A stretch of 43,124 bases of DNA, from IMG/VR virus record IMGVR_UViG_3300022670_000241, positions 1-43,124 of that record; one strand, written 5' to 3'. The translations under genes were made by a program, and so were the position numbers. Positions within the stretch are counted from its first letter, which is position 1; each line of letters opens with the position of its first letter. This stretch comes from a virus. Its lineage: Duplodnaviria; Caudoviricetes. Below the pieces are notes generated by a model that worked only from the letters and a program-made list of their open reading frames with translations, made no database searches and was not told the origin of the DNA. Shown here piece by piece: positions 33,783 to 42,443 of the stretch.

Positions 33783-34218
33783 GCTTGCGTTTGCAGTATT
33801 CTTGAGCTTTTCGTATGATGAATTTATCTTCTACTATCATTGTGAGTGATTCTGTACCGGCGGCTCCTCCACTGAATTGTATCTGGAATTCACCTTGTTC
33901 GTAATTTAACTGAAAATCAAATTTAGCATTTCCGGCAAAGATGGGGTTTAATTCATCTGTTAGTTTTTGGAGGCGTTGTTCTGTTAGCCATGGTTTAAAC
34001 CTGGTTATGTCTACCTTTGGGGTGAATGAGGCTTGGGGTAAATACTTGTTAAGATCTTCCTGAGTGGCCGGTATAATGGCCTTAGGTTCTGGAATTGGTT
34101 TTTCGGGTTTGCCTTGTAGGCGTTCCAATAGAGCTTCTCTTTTCCCTTTGGAATCTAAGCCTTTTTTCTTGCACTCGTTCTTTAGATTCCAGTAATTCAT
34201 GTTATCATAATCTTGCAT
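33745..34218 (-). CDS. SAP/HeH-domain protein
   Basis: YDNMNYWNLKNECKKKGLDSKGKREALLERL. Confidence 0.75.
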   Translation of the reverse strand: MQDYDNMNYWNLKNECKKKGLDSKGKREALLERLQGKPEKPIPEPKAIIPATQEDLNKYLPQASFTPKVDITRFKPWLTEQRLQKLTDELNPIFAGNAKFDFQLNYEQGEFQIQFSGGAAGTESLTMIVEDKFIIRKAQEYCKRKLARGGDNQTSSI

Positions 34219-34257
34219 GATATCTCCTGTTTTATTCTCTCACAGGGAGAGAGATTG

Positions 34258-34371
34258 TTATTTTTTATGAGAAGATTTTTTCTTCTTAGTCTTATGAGTT
34301 GCACGCGCTGCTTTTTTTCTCGCCTTGGAAGGACGACCTGGCTTTCCATATGATCCCGGTTTATCTGGCAT
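34258..34371 (-). CDS. 37-aa highly basic AT-hook peptide
   Basis: Hand translation MPDKPGSYGKPGRPSKARKKAARATHKTKKKKSSHKK; SD AAGGAG. Confidence 0.7.
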   Translation of the reverse strand: MPDKPGSYGKPGRPSKARKKAARATHKTKKKKSSHKK

Positions 34372-34393
34372 TTCTATACTCCTTTTAGGTTAT

Positions 34394-34422
34394 ATTTTAA
34401 GCCATTGAAAACCTTATGTCAA
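34394..34422 (-). promoter_or_regulatory. Late/packaging operon promoter
   Basis: TTGACA-17-TAAAAT. Confidence 0.75.
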
Positions 34423-34706
34423 TTGTCTTCTTCCTCTATTAATTTTAACCCCCAGGCTAAACCCAATAAATACCTATCACTTACAGGTTTACAAGCTAAT
34501 ATCCTGTCTAACGTACACGACAGAATTTCTGCACCTCTATTACCAGCCAGAGCGCAAGAGGATAAAGCTTCCTTAATCATACCTAATCTCTTTGGATCCA
34601 GCACAAACGCCAGCACATACTCTTTAGCGAATTGAGCCATAGGATGAGGCTCTCCTAACTTTAATGTCCCTGGTTCTTCGGCGGGTAATTTTACAATGTC
34701 TACCAT
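34419..34706 (-). CDS. Conserved phage hypothetical protein
   Basis: ALSSCALAGNR.AE...TLDR....PVSDRYLLGLAW. Confidence 0.65.
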   Translation of the reverse strand: MVDIVKLPAEEPGTLKLGEPHPMAQFAKEYVLAFVLDPKRLGMIKEALSSCALAGNRGAEILSCTLDRILACKPVSDRYLLGLAWGLKLIEEEDN

Positions 34707-34852
34707 TTAATCTTCCTATTTTTCCCGTAAGTCGCATCGTAATGTTCTTTTAGATACTTATCAACAGCACGCGCAAAAGGTTTAACCGAATCCCCTTCAG
34801 GATCAAGCCACGCAGCTAACCTCACAAGTAAATAAGCTGTTTTAACTTTCAT

Positions 34853-35164
34853 CTAATCCTCCTTAGGGGTTATATTGGCTTGGATGGGGAAGAGAAACTC
34901 TCCCTTCGTAATTTGCTTTTGCACTACTTTCCCATCCACATATGAAGTCCTGTAGCCAATAACCGCGCCCGACAGTAGAGCCTCTTCCCTCACCTTCTCA
35001 GCAGCTTCAAGGGCGGCTTTTGCTTTCGCTAATAAAAGTTGAATACATTCATCCCCATAAGACACAAGCCCCGTTTCTTTTATTATTTTTAACCATGCAC
35101 CTTCCCCGTTTACATGTTCGTAACTTGCTTGTGCAGCGGCTTCTATTTCCCTATCTGTTGGCAT
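34853..35164 (-). CDS. Small phage protein
   Basis: Paralogue of 33127..33315. Confidence 0.65.
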   Translation of the reverse strand: MPTDREIEAAAQASYEHVNGEGAWLKIIKETGLVSYGDECIQLLLAKAKAALEAAEKVREEALLSGAVIGYRTSYVDGKVVQKQITKGEFLFPIQANITPKED

Positions 35165-35165
35165 C

Positions 35166-35411
35166 TTAATTCTCCTTCACCTTTAATTTAAGTACCTTCT
35201 CCCACTCTTCCACGTCATCAACCTCACCAGCCCACCCCGCCTCAATCGCATGGCGTATATCAAATTGAACCTGCCTTTGATAACTCCCCAACACATCCCA
35301 ATATTCGAGCAGGTATCTTACACACTCGGCGGCTATTCCGGTACGGCGATTCAGGCAATACCTAAAAGACAGCAGCAACCATGTTCTTGCTATGCGATCC
35401 GGTATTTCCAT
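35166..35411 (-). CDS. Conserved phage hypothetical protein
   Basis: FRYCLNRRT motif. Confidence 0.65.
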   Translation of the reverse strand: MEIPDRIARTWLLLSFRYCLNRRTGIAAECVRYLLEYWDVLGSYQRQVQFDIRHAIEAGWAGEVDDVEEWEKVLKLKVKEN

Positions 35412-35412
35412 G

Positions 35413-35742
35413 TTACTTCTCCTTTGGGGGTTGGGGTAACGGTTGCCAGTGGGCAGGGTTGATAGCTAAATAATAAGCACCACCACCTCTAGGGTCTTGA
35501 GCGCACCAAGTGCCCCCATCGCGTTGATAAGCCTCAAAGTGATCTCCATTAAAATCACGCACAAGAATAGCCTCGTTTTTCCGAGCTGTAGAAATATCCT
35601 GCCACTCCTTCCCCCTCACCTCATCGGCTAGGGCTTTGATAAGGGTGAGCAATTTTAAAACGTCACGCTCACCCTTTGGGGAATAAGTTATAAAGTTTTG
35701 TGTTAGTGCTTCATCTGCCTGTTGCAGTAGTTCTTTTGTCAT
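35413..35742 (-). CDS. DUF551-like protein
   Basis: EWQDISTA..PAHWQPLPQPP. Confidence 0.75.
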   Translation of the reverse strand: MTKELLQQADEALTQNFITYSPKGERDVLKLLTLIKALADEVRGKEWQDISTARKNEAILVRDFNGDHFEAYQRDGGTWCAQDPRGGGAYYLAINPAHWQPLPQPPKEK

Positions 35743-35743
35743 C

Positions 35744-36067
35744 TTACTTCTCCTTAATTACATTTATAAAGTCCAAAGCTCTAACCCTCATCTGCTTTAA
35801 ATCATACAAAGCTATGTTCTTTTGGTTAGAAAAATACGCCCCTTGATTACCCTCTGTCGATACCTGACTTAACGCTAGTTTTTCTGTATACCTATTGCCA
35901 TTTTCAAATATCATTACAGACTTGATAAAATCCTCACTCTCTAGCCTCTCCATATACTCATTGAGGGTGGATAGGGCTTTCTCAAAAAACGCCGTGTAAT
36001 CACCGTCACCGTATTTATGCTTTGCTGCCAGCTCCAGCGCCTCTTTTACTTCCTGTAGTTTATTCAT
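35744..36067 (-). CDS. Hypothetical protein
   Basis: ORF track; coupled. Confidence 0.6.
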   Translation of the reverse strand: MNKLQEVKEALELAAKHKYGDGDYTAFFEKALSTLNEYMERLESEDFIKSVMIFENGNRYTEKLALSQVSTEGNQGAYFSNQKNIALYDLKQMRVRALDFINVIKEK

Positions 36068-36291
36068 TTGTCTCGCCTCAGCTCTTCAATTGCGTAATTC
36101 AGATATTGCTCAATTTCCTCTCCGAAACCTTCGTTGTTTGATTCTAAATAGTCCGCTATCTCTTCCCTGCTTGGCATGAGGGCTGCTTTGAGACTCTTGA
36201 AACTGTCCCAGTGTGCTATTCGACCCTCCATAGACCCGATGTTCTCCACATCCTTTATAAAAGCCTCTGCCTTCTCTCTTATGTCTGTCAT
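36064..36291 (-). CDS. Hypothetical protein
   Basis: ORF track; coupled. Confidence 0.6.
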   Translation of the reverse strand: MTDIREKAEAFIKDVENIGSMEGRIAHWDSFKSLKAALMPSREEIADYLESNNEGFGEEIEQYLNYAIEELRRDK

Positions 36292-36364
36292 TTAATCTTT
36301 CCTCTCTGGTGTTAAAAAATGCTTGAAATGTGTTTGAGCTGTTTTCATTGATTGCCATTTCATG

Positions 36365-36838
36365 TTATTTCTCCTCTGGGGGTTGGGGTAACGGGTCAAT
36401 TATTATATTAGGGTTGGTTATGTATTTAGGAATCCTCATTGATTGCAATCTACATAAATGCTCAACTAATGGTTTTGACCTATGCTCAAACTCTCTTTTT
36501 AGAGCCTCTAAACATTCCAGCACAGTCTTCTCTTGTGGCAGTGGTTCAGAAATATCCACAATACCAGGGATAACGTCTTTCTCCTTCCCCCTCAGCTCAT
36601 CGGCTAGGGCTTTGATAAGATCATTTACCCACCCAAGACCACGTTCATCGGCACCTTGAGCAAACTTTGACCGCTTATATTCATCGGCCTGTTGCAGTAG
36701 TTCTTCTTTGGCCATCTTCTCCTCCTGTTCTCTATTCCATTCTTCAAATCCCTCAGGGAGTTTAACGCCGCCGATGGGGACTACTCTTATTTGATAATCT
36801 TCATAATCGTCATATGTGGTATCAGCTTCTTCTCCCAT
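36365..36838 (-). CDS. Mosaic paralogue of 35413..35742
   Basis: Shared ELLQQADE, LIKALADE.RGKE, DIS and PLPQPP.EK blocks. Confidence 0.65.
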   Translation of the reverse strand: MGEEADTTYDDYEDYQIRVVPIGGVKLPEGFEEWNREQEEKMAKEELLQQADEYKRSKFAQGADERGLGWVNDLIKALADELRGKEKDVIPGIVDISEPLPQEKTVLECLEALKREFEHRSKPLVEHLCRLQSMRIPKYITNPNIIIDPLPQPPEEK

Positions 36839-37051
36839 TTAATCCTCCTCACTGTCTATGGTTGCTTCTAGCTGCTTTTCATAATGATATTTCATGTCGC
36901 CATAGTGTGTAGATTCAACTACACTCTGTATTTCCCTTATACCATTTTCCCTCATAAACTTCCCTAATTTACAAGCCATTTTAAAGTATTTCTTAGGAAT
37001 AAAATGGAGTTCAGGCTCCCACATAATACCAGTTTCTTTAAATTTCTTCAT
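36839..37051 (-). CDS. Hypothetical protein
   Basis: ORF track; SD AGGAG. Confidence 0.6.
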   Translation of the reverse strand: MKKFKETGIMWEPELHFIPKKYFKMACKLGKFMRENGIREIQSVVESTHYGDMKYHYEKQLEATIDSEED

Positions 37052-37077
37052 CTCCTACTCCTGTTTGGTTGATTCTA

Positions 37078-37359
37078 TTAGAGGCCTAACAATTCTTTAA
37101 TATCGCCTGTTAAATTTGTCATTTGGAAATCATACTCATCTACAGTGTGATATTTCTCCTCACATTCTACAACTTTCCTCAAAGCCTTCTCCAGCGCCGC
37201 TATCCTCTCGTCCTTTGCTGCTACATCACTTTGATGCTCACGCCATAATTGACAAGCCTCTGCCATACCTAAGCGTTTTAGATTATGCCTCTTCATGTAA
37301 GCGTTACGAAATTCTCCTAATTCTACACACTCTTCTGCAAAACTCTTAAATGCTTTCAT
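37078..37359 (-). CDS. Hypothetical protein
   Basis: ORF track. Confidence 0.6.
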   Translation of the reverse strand: MKAFKSFAEECVELGEFRNAYMKRHNLKRLGMAEACQLWREHQSDVAAKDERIAALEKALRKVVECEEKYHTVDEYDFQMTNLTGDIKELLGL

Positions 37360-37360
37360 C

Positions 37361-37633
37361 TCATTTCCCTGTTGATTCTATTGCTTTGCGTATTCTCGCT
37401 ACAATTATAGTATGATACTCTTCGTTTTCTCCGGCTTCCTTCTTAGGCATTTTAGCGTCCAGCCTCTCCACCTCCTTCAAAATATCATCCACAGCTATCA
37501 AGTCTTGTATTATTTCGAGGAACTTAGGCGCTTGAAGTGTAAACATTGGTATCATGGTGCGATTGAATAGTTCATCACTTCTTATTCGCGTCTTAACATC
37601 ATCCTCCAACTCCCTAACTTGATCTATCAGCAT
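37361..37633 (-). CDS. Hypothetical protein
   Basis: ORF track; SD AGGAG. Confidence 0.6.
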   Translation of the reverse strand: MLIDQVRELEDDVKTRIRSDELFNRTMIPMFTLQAPKFLEIIQDLIAVDDILKEVERLDAKMPKKEAGENEEYHTIIVARIRKAIESTGK

Positions 37634-37645
37634 AATGTGTTACTC

Positions 37646-37897
37646 CTAAACATAAACGTGCCAAACAAGTTGATCTATAACAACTGTTCCTATATACAAA
37701 CCAGCATCAGTAGGTACTAAGTTTCCAGTTCCTACTATATGAACTAACACATCTTCTTTCGCATGCTCACTGTCTACCTGAAACCATATACACAGCTTAC
37801 CATCCTGCTCCGCGACACTAAGAGCCCTCCATACAGATGGAACCTTTATTATTTGGTGATCCACTATCTCTAACTGGTATTTAAATACTGTCCTCAT
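37646..37897 (-). CDS. Conserved small beta-rich phage protein
   Basis: MRTVFKYQL..LSVAEQ..LCIW..GTG..YIGTV..LVWHVY. Confidence 0.75.
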   Translation of the reverse strand: MRTVFKYQLEIVDHQIIKVPSVWRALSVAEQDGKLCIWFQVDSEHAKEDVLVHIVGTGNLVPTDAGLYIGTVVIDQLVWHVYV

Positions 37898-37903
37898 AAT
37901 CCG

Positions 37904-38128
37904 TTACTCCTTCCCTAACCGTTGAATCTCACGCTCAATATACCAAGCTGCTTTCTTTAGATCCTCAATCCCGTTCTTATGGTCTGTACGCCATAAATAT
38001 TTTATAGCGTTTCCTAAGTTAAAATTCATATGCTCCACCACCTCGATACACTCAATACCAGATGGATGAGAGTTATAATGTTTAGGCTTATTTATTAATT
38101 CTTCCATACATACTGTTGCCATTGCCAT
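37904..38128 (-). CDS. DUF3310 protein (T7 gp1.7 nucleotide-kinase related)
   Basis: INKPKHY..GIECIE..FNLGNAIKYLWR..KNGIEDLKKAAWYIEREI. Confidence 0.9.
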   Translation of the reverse strand: MAMATVCMEELINKPKHYNSHPSGIECIEVVEHMNFNLGNAIKYLWRTDHKNGIEDLKKAAWYIEREIQRLGKE

Positions 38129-38134
38129 AAGCTG

Positions 38135-38347
38135 TTACTCCTTCTTCAAATTAAATATTCTCTCAGCTAACTCTTTTGTCATCTCAACTGTTACAAACCT
38201 ATGACCGCACTCTTTACACCTGCGCTCCCGTATGCGAAAGTTACCTGCCGGCCTACTGTCAACTACTTTGGTAGCGCCATCACACTCGGTACATAGCATT
38301 TTTCGCTGCCTCTTTCTTAGCCTTGGCCATAGCCCTATACATAGCAC
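38135..38347 (-). CDS. NrdR-like Zn ribbon protein (likely start 38299)
   Basis: C..C...TKVVDSR....RERRCKECGHRFVTVE; no ATP cone. Confidence 0.8.
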   Translation of the reverse strand: MLCIGLWPRLRKRQRKMLCTECDGATKVVDSRPAGNFRIRERRCKECGHRFVTVEMTKELAERIFNLKKE

Positions 38348-38455
38348 CTTGTTTATTAGCCTTCCTTTTTATACACTCAGGATCAAGACAATATTTAGCC
38401 TTACGCCCCTCCTCTATAATTTCGTTACAGTCTTCTTCCTGGCAAATGTCCTCTG

Positions 38456-38860
38456 TCATTCCCCCTCCTTTAGTTCGGGATATTCCTCTGCTTCATACCA
38501 TGTTGAGCGCGCTACATTTCTGAACAGAGCGTCAATATCAATAAAATCATTCTCTGGTACTGGAGTGTCATACCTACTAGAAAAACCAAGAGGCGATTCA
38601 TTGCCATTCTTTCTACTATTCCAATCTAAAACCTCTGGGGTCTTGTCTAAAGCCTCCCTCAAAAACTCCTCAATCTCACCAGAATCTTTAACATATTTCA
38701 TTGGTAAGCTTTCCGGCTCAAACCCTTTCGTTGGTGCTAATTTCATTAGTCTGGCGTTCGCACTATCAACGTGTACAGTTAGATGGTAAGGGTGTTGCTG
38801 ACATACCCACCTTGCTAAATTGGCGCATATATCATATATTCCTACTAATCTTCTTGTCAT
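38456..38860 (-). CDS. Hypothetical protein
   Basis: ORF track; SD AGGAGG. Confidence 0.65.
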   Translation of the reverse strand: MTRRLVGIYDICANLARWVCQQHPYHLTVHVDSANARLMKLAPTKGFEPESLPMKYVKDSGEIEEFLREALDKTPEVLDWNSRKNGNESPLGFSSRYDTPVPENDFIDIDALFRNVARSTWYEAEEYPELKEGE

Positions 38861-38904
38861 TTCTCCTCCTTTAGTTGGTTAATAAACTCGGTTATATTGG
38901 TAAT

Positions 38905-39258
38905 CTATTCCTTATCGACAGCCTCCAGAATCCGCCTTAAATATCCATCTGTTTCCGAATAAATACCAAATACACCACCGGCTTCTGCAATTATAACGGC
39001 GGCTCGAAAGTTTCCACGATACACCGCGACATCAAGGGGTCTATGGTCATTTTTGTCGTGTGCATTGCAATCTATACCAAGACGTATCAATTCTTTAGCC
39101 AGCCGATCATGAGAAGACTCCGCAGCCAGATGTAGAAGCGTAGTGCTGTATTCGCCTTCAATATTTATATTATCCAGCTTCCTCACAAGCCCTATTTGAC
39201 AATCACTAGAAGCAGCTTTTATTTTTGCAAAATCCGCCAACTCTTTTTCTCTATCCAT
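38905..39258 (-). CDS. Ankyrin repeat protein
   Basis: TTLLHLAAESSH...KELIRLGIDCNAHDKNDHRPLDVAVYRGN...IIAEAGG, two ANK repeats. Confidence 0.9.
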   Translation of the reverse strand: MDREKELADFAKIKAASSDCQIGLVRKLDNINIEGEYSTTLLHLAAESSHDRLAKELIRLGIDCNAHDKNDHRPLDVAVYRGNFRAAVIIAEAGGVFGIYSETDGYLRRILEAVDKE

Positions 39259-39434
39259 AGTCAGTCCTCCTTTAGTTGGTTAATAAATTCTTGACTATCC
39301 ATAAATTCATCCACGGCTTTCTTAGCAGCAATAGTTAGCCACCAGTGGCACTTAGTTTTGCCTTCCGCCTTTCTGGCAGAAATATATTTATCCTGCGCTA
39401 GTCTGTTTTGTTCTTTGCGTTTATCTGATGTCAT

Positions 39435-39800
39435 TTATTCATCCAGTAAATAATTTAACTTTGGATATTCCGCACACTTCCAGTAAATATCGCCCAATAA
39501 ATCTTTGTTATCTATCTTTAGAATATCATCCCCGCCATCTAGAGAACAATAATGCATGCTCACCTCTCCATCCCAATTAATAAACAGAACACCCATGCAA
39601 CTTATATAATGAAGCTTATGCTCAGCATTATTTACTACAAAATTTATATTCCTAGATTGGTAAGGACCTTCGCTATCGCCCCCAGAATTAGGAGGTAAAT
39701 TACCAGATATATTCTTCCAGCCTTGCGACTCTAATATTCCCATATTTTTAAACCTCTTTATCTCAGTCCACCTTTGCTTACGCTGTTCCATTGTGCACAT
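39435..39800 (-). CDS. Hypothetical protein with own promoter (moron-like)
   Basis: ORF track; promoter at 39831-39858. Confidence 0.65.
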   Translation of the reverse strand: MCTMEQRKQRWTEIKRFKNMGILESQGWKNISGNLPPNSGGDSEGPYQSRNINFVVNNAEHKLHYISCMGVLFINWDGEVSMHYCSLDGGDDILKIDNKDLLGDIYWKCAEYPKLNYLLDE

Positions 39801-39830
39801 AATCTTAATCCTTTATTTGTGTTCAACCCC

Positions 39831-39858
39831 ATTATACATAATCATTATACATAATCAA
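39831..39858 (-). promoter_or_regulatory. Promoter built from a tandem 13-bp repeat
   Basis: TTGATT-16-TATAAT; GATTATGTATAAT twice in tandem. Confidence 0.6.
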
Positions 39859-40094
39859 CCCCTAATCCACATTTATTTAAACTTTCTTATTCCTCCAAAC
39901 TCGCCCCACAAGCCCCCTTCTTTTATCTGAGTAGAACGCAACCTATTTTGCAGTTTCATCGCTCTGTGAAGAGGTTTGGTCGCAAGGATTGAAATTTTCT
40001 CTAGGTAGCGTACCCATCAGAAGAAAAACCATTACCATAAGAAGATAGACACACGCTACAAACCCCAGCCCATAGAATCCTGGATGTATTTCTT

Positions 40095-40397
40095 TCATTT
40101 TTCACCCCCCGGATCGCCGTGTGGGAATCCTGGAGCGTTTAAAGCACATTGTGGACACACACATGTATGTATATTATTGTGATGAACTACATTACCACAT
40201 CCGGTACACTCTGCCATATTAGGAGATACCTCACGAAATGGGGCTGCATATAAGACGGTCTTAGCCGTTTTTATAATTAATCTAGCACCTGGATCGGTTC
40301 TATTTTGTGCGCTGCCTGGGTATACACAATCAGGATCGAACTCTTCTATCATTCTTTCCAGCATATCTTTTAGTGTTTTCATTATTCCTTCTCCCAC
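40095..40397 (-). CDS. Zn-binding hypothetical protein
   Basis: CTGC..CPQC. Confidence 0.6.
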   Translation of the reverse strand: MGEGIMKTLKDMLERMIEEFDPDCVYPGSAQNRTDPGARLIIKTAKTVLYAAPFREVSPNMAECTGCGNVVHHNNIHTCVCPQCALNAPGFPHGDPGGEK

Positions 40398-40717
40398 TTT
40401 TCTATCTTAGCCAGTAAATCATGGATTCTTTTAGCTTGCGCCTTTGTTACAGAGCTTTCCCACGAGAGAAAAGATAACAGGCTCTTTATCTCCGGCATGA
40501 GCGTCACCATCTCCCTTAGCTTGGCTTCCATCTTTGGTACATCTGCATTTAAGGCGTTTACAAGGTGCTCCGCCAGTTCTTGATCGAGATGTTCAGCAAT
40601 ATGCTGAAAACCCCCTTTACCCTTATTTGTATCTCGCCGTCGGCGTACACTCCACGTAAAGCCATCATCCCAACTTTTAGCCTCCCACTTTCCTATATAT
40701 AACGTCCCTGCTGTCAT
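40382..40717 (-). CDS. Hypothetical protein
   Basis: ORF track; coupled. Confidence 0.6.
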   Translation of the reverse strand: MTAGTLYIGKWEAKSWDDGFTWSVRRRRDTNKGKGGFQHIAEHLDQELAEHLVNALNADVPKMEAKLREMVTLMPEIKSLLSFLSWESSVTKAQAKRIHDLLAKIEKWEKE

Positions 40718-40932
40718 ACTTCCTCTCCTAATCTAAGCATATGAAGTTTGGCCATTTCTAGCAGATAAACCACATTAGCAACATTCCCAGAGCTTCCTGC
40801 CACATAAATCTCATCATCTGCATCTGTGCCAATCACAACGCACTCCTTAAGATCTTCGGCGTATTTAATAACTTTATTTGGCGATAAATCCAAACATGTT
40901 GTTCCTGTGAATTCATATATTTTTGCTGTCAT
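40714..40932 (-). CDS. Conserved small phage protein
   Basis: F.G.T.LD..P..V...L..VVIG.D..E.Y.A.S...YLLE.AK motif. Confidence 0.7.
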   Translation of the reverse strand: MTAKIYEFTGTTCLDLSPNKVIKYAEDLKECVVIGTDADDEIYVAGSSGNVANVVYLLEMAKLHMLRLGEEV

Positions 40933-40951
40933 ACTTCCTCCTTTGGTTAAA

Positions 40952-41182
40952 TTAATCTTTCGGGTCGTGCTGCTCCTGTCCTAACTCAATTATAACCTCT
41001 GCGCCTCCTTTTTCTAAAGGCTCACAGCTTTCCCAGTGCTGTTCACATAAAGGCTGGATAATATTACCCACCACATGACACCCACCTTTCACCCGGGCAA
41101 TCATAGCAGCCTCAGCGGCTGGAAATTCAGGTGTTGCGGACTCCTTGCAAACAAGGCAATCTATCTTTAGAATTGGTATCAT
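40952..41182 (-). CDS. Small Zn-binding protein
   Basis: CLVC..LCEQH. Confidence 0.6.
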   Translation of the reverse strand: MIPILKIDCLVCKESATPEFPAAEAAMIARVKGGCHVVGNIIQPLCEQHWESCEPLEKGGAEVIIELGQEQHDPKD

Positions 41183-41223
41183 AATCCTTTTAAATCCTTC
41201 CGCTCAGTCAAAGCAACTGAGCC

Positions 41224-41427
41224 TTAAAGTGTTGAGATATAAGGTAACATCTTGCCTATAGGCTTGTCACTCTCTAATGCTTTCATATTCCGTGCTTGCC
41301 AGTACCATTCTTTACCACCAAAACAATCATAAAGTATTACAGCCTTCCAACTTCCATCTTTCTCATCCCACCAAGTGCCTTCTGGCAGATTCTCAATTGT
41401 TATATCTTCTGTTACAGACTCTTTCAT
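41224..41427 (-). CDS. Hypothetical protein
   Basis: SD GGAGG. Confidence 0.55.
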   Translation of the reverse strand: MKESVTEDITIENLPEGTWWDEKDGSWKAVILYDCFGGKEWYWQARNMKALESDKPIGKMLPYISTL

Positions 41428-41467
41428 TCTATCCTCCAGTTACTATTATCCCCCTTTCCGCTAAAGG

Positions 41468-41746
41468 TTAAATTAATCCGCCTGCCTTTAACTCCTTCTT
41501 GTACCCGCTTGATAAGCCCAAAGTCTGCCCGCACCCGGCAAACAACCCATCATCCCCAGCGGGAATCAAAAGCCCTTGTTCCAACATACTCAAGGCCGCA
41601 TTTTGATTGATCGAATCCCCCGTTTTAGTATCTACTATAGGCTTTCTATTAAATCTAGTTGCCAAGGTAAGCATTAATCTTCCGTTATTAGCAGCCTTGG
41701 CAACAGCAAGCCGTTGTGCTGTGGTTATTCTTTTTCTTGCGGGCAT
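41468..41746 (-). CDS. Hypothetical protein (possible winged helix)
   Basis: ORF track; L.EQGLL.P..DGLF..GQT. Confidence 0.6.
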   Translation of the reverse strand: MPARKRITTAQRLAVAKAANNGRLMLTLATRFNRKPIVDTKTGDSINQNAALSMLEQGLLIPAGDDGLFAGCGQTLGLSSGYKKELKAGGLI

Positions 41747-41988
41747 TACTTTACTCCTTGTTTTAAATTACCTTTCCACTCAACAAGAGCCTTCTGCCCT
41801 TCTTGTTTGTGCTTTATGTTACATGCAAAGCCGCCGCCAGATAAAATCTTACAACCACCTTCTTCCTCTTTCTGTGCTGCGAAGTGAGTCTTTACGGTGG
41901 GAGCTTTAGTATTAAATATTTCCTTTTGTCTAGCCATACGCCGGCTGTTCATCTGTCCGATAGTTTCCTTCTTCATTCTATTCTCCAC
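41746..41988 (-). CDS. Hypothetical basic protein
   Basis: ORF track. Confidence 0.55.
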   Translation of the reverse strand: MENRMKKETIGQMNSRRMARQKEIFNTKAPTVKTHFAAQKEEEGGCKILSGGGFACNIKHKQEGQKALVEWKGNLKQGVK

Positions 41989-41991
41989 TTA

Positions 41992-42207
41992 TTAAATCTT
42001 GTCGTAGTTCCTATCCAAAACATAGCTGTGGTGTAATGATAGTATCAACTTAGCCAACAACTCAGGATCTTTTTCCTTTAGGATATTCTTGAGGCTAGTC
42101 ATGTATCTGCGCTCTTGTGAGTCCATCTTGTCGTATATCTTGTCATACTTGGTGGTGGCGAACCTCTCTAAGTCGTATGCGTCTAATTTAACCATCTTAT
42201 TTCCCAT
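41992..42207 (-). CDS. Hypothetical protein
   Basis: ORF track. Confidence 0.55.
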   Translation of the reverse strand: MGNKMVKLDAYDLERFATTKYDKIYDKMDSQERRYMTSLKNILKEKDPELLAKLILSLHHSYVLDRNYDKI

Positions 42208-42443
42208 CCCTTATATTCTCGATCCAATCCTGCACCATCTCAGCCGCGCCTTCTAACTGCTCGGCGTGACAATGCACATCTACATCTTTTAGCTCTCTTA
42301 TCTCAATCGCCGTGAGTACCATTTTAGACCTCAACGACTCCAGACTCGGTAATATTTTATAATTACTCATCTTATTTAGCTCCTTGTTTTAAGTTATTCT
42401 TCCAGTCAACTAAAGCTGCTGAGCCTTCTTCTTTGTGCTTAGG

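Noticed and set aside
35409-36705. Diversity-generating retroelement TR/VR pair
   Set aside because: No reverse transcriptase; the differences are block replacements, not adenine-specific substitutions.
38135-38347. Functional NrdR repressor as a metabolic gene
   Set aside because: Only the Zn ribbon is present, with no ATP cone; this is common in phages.
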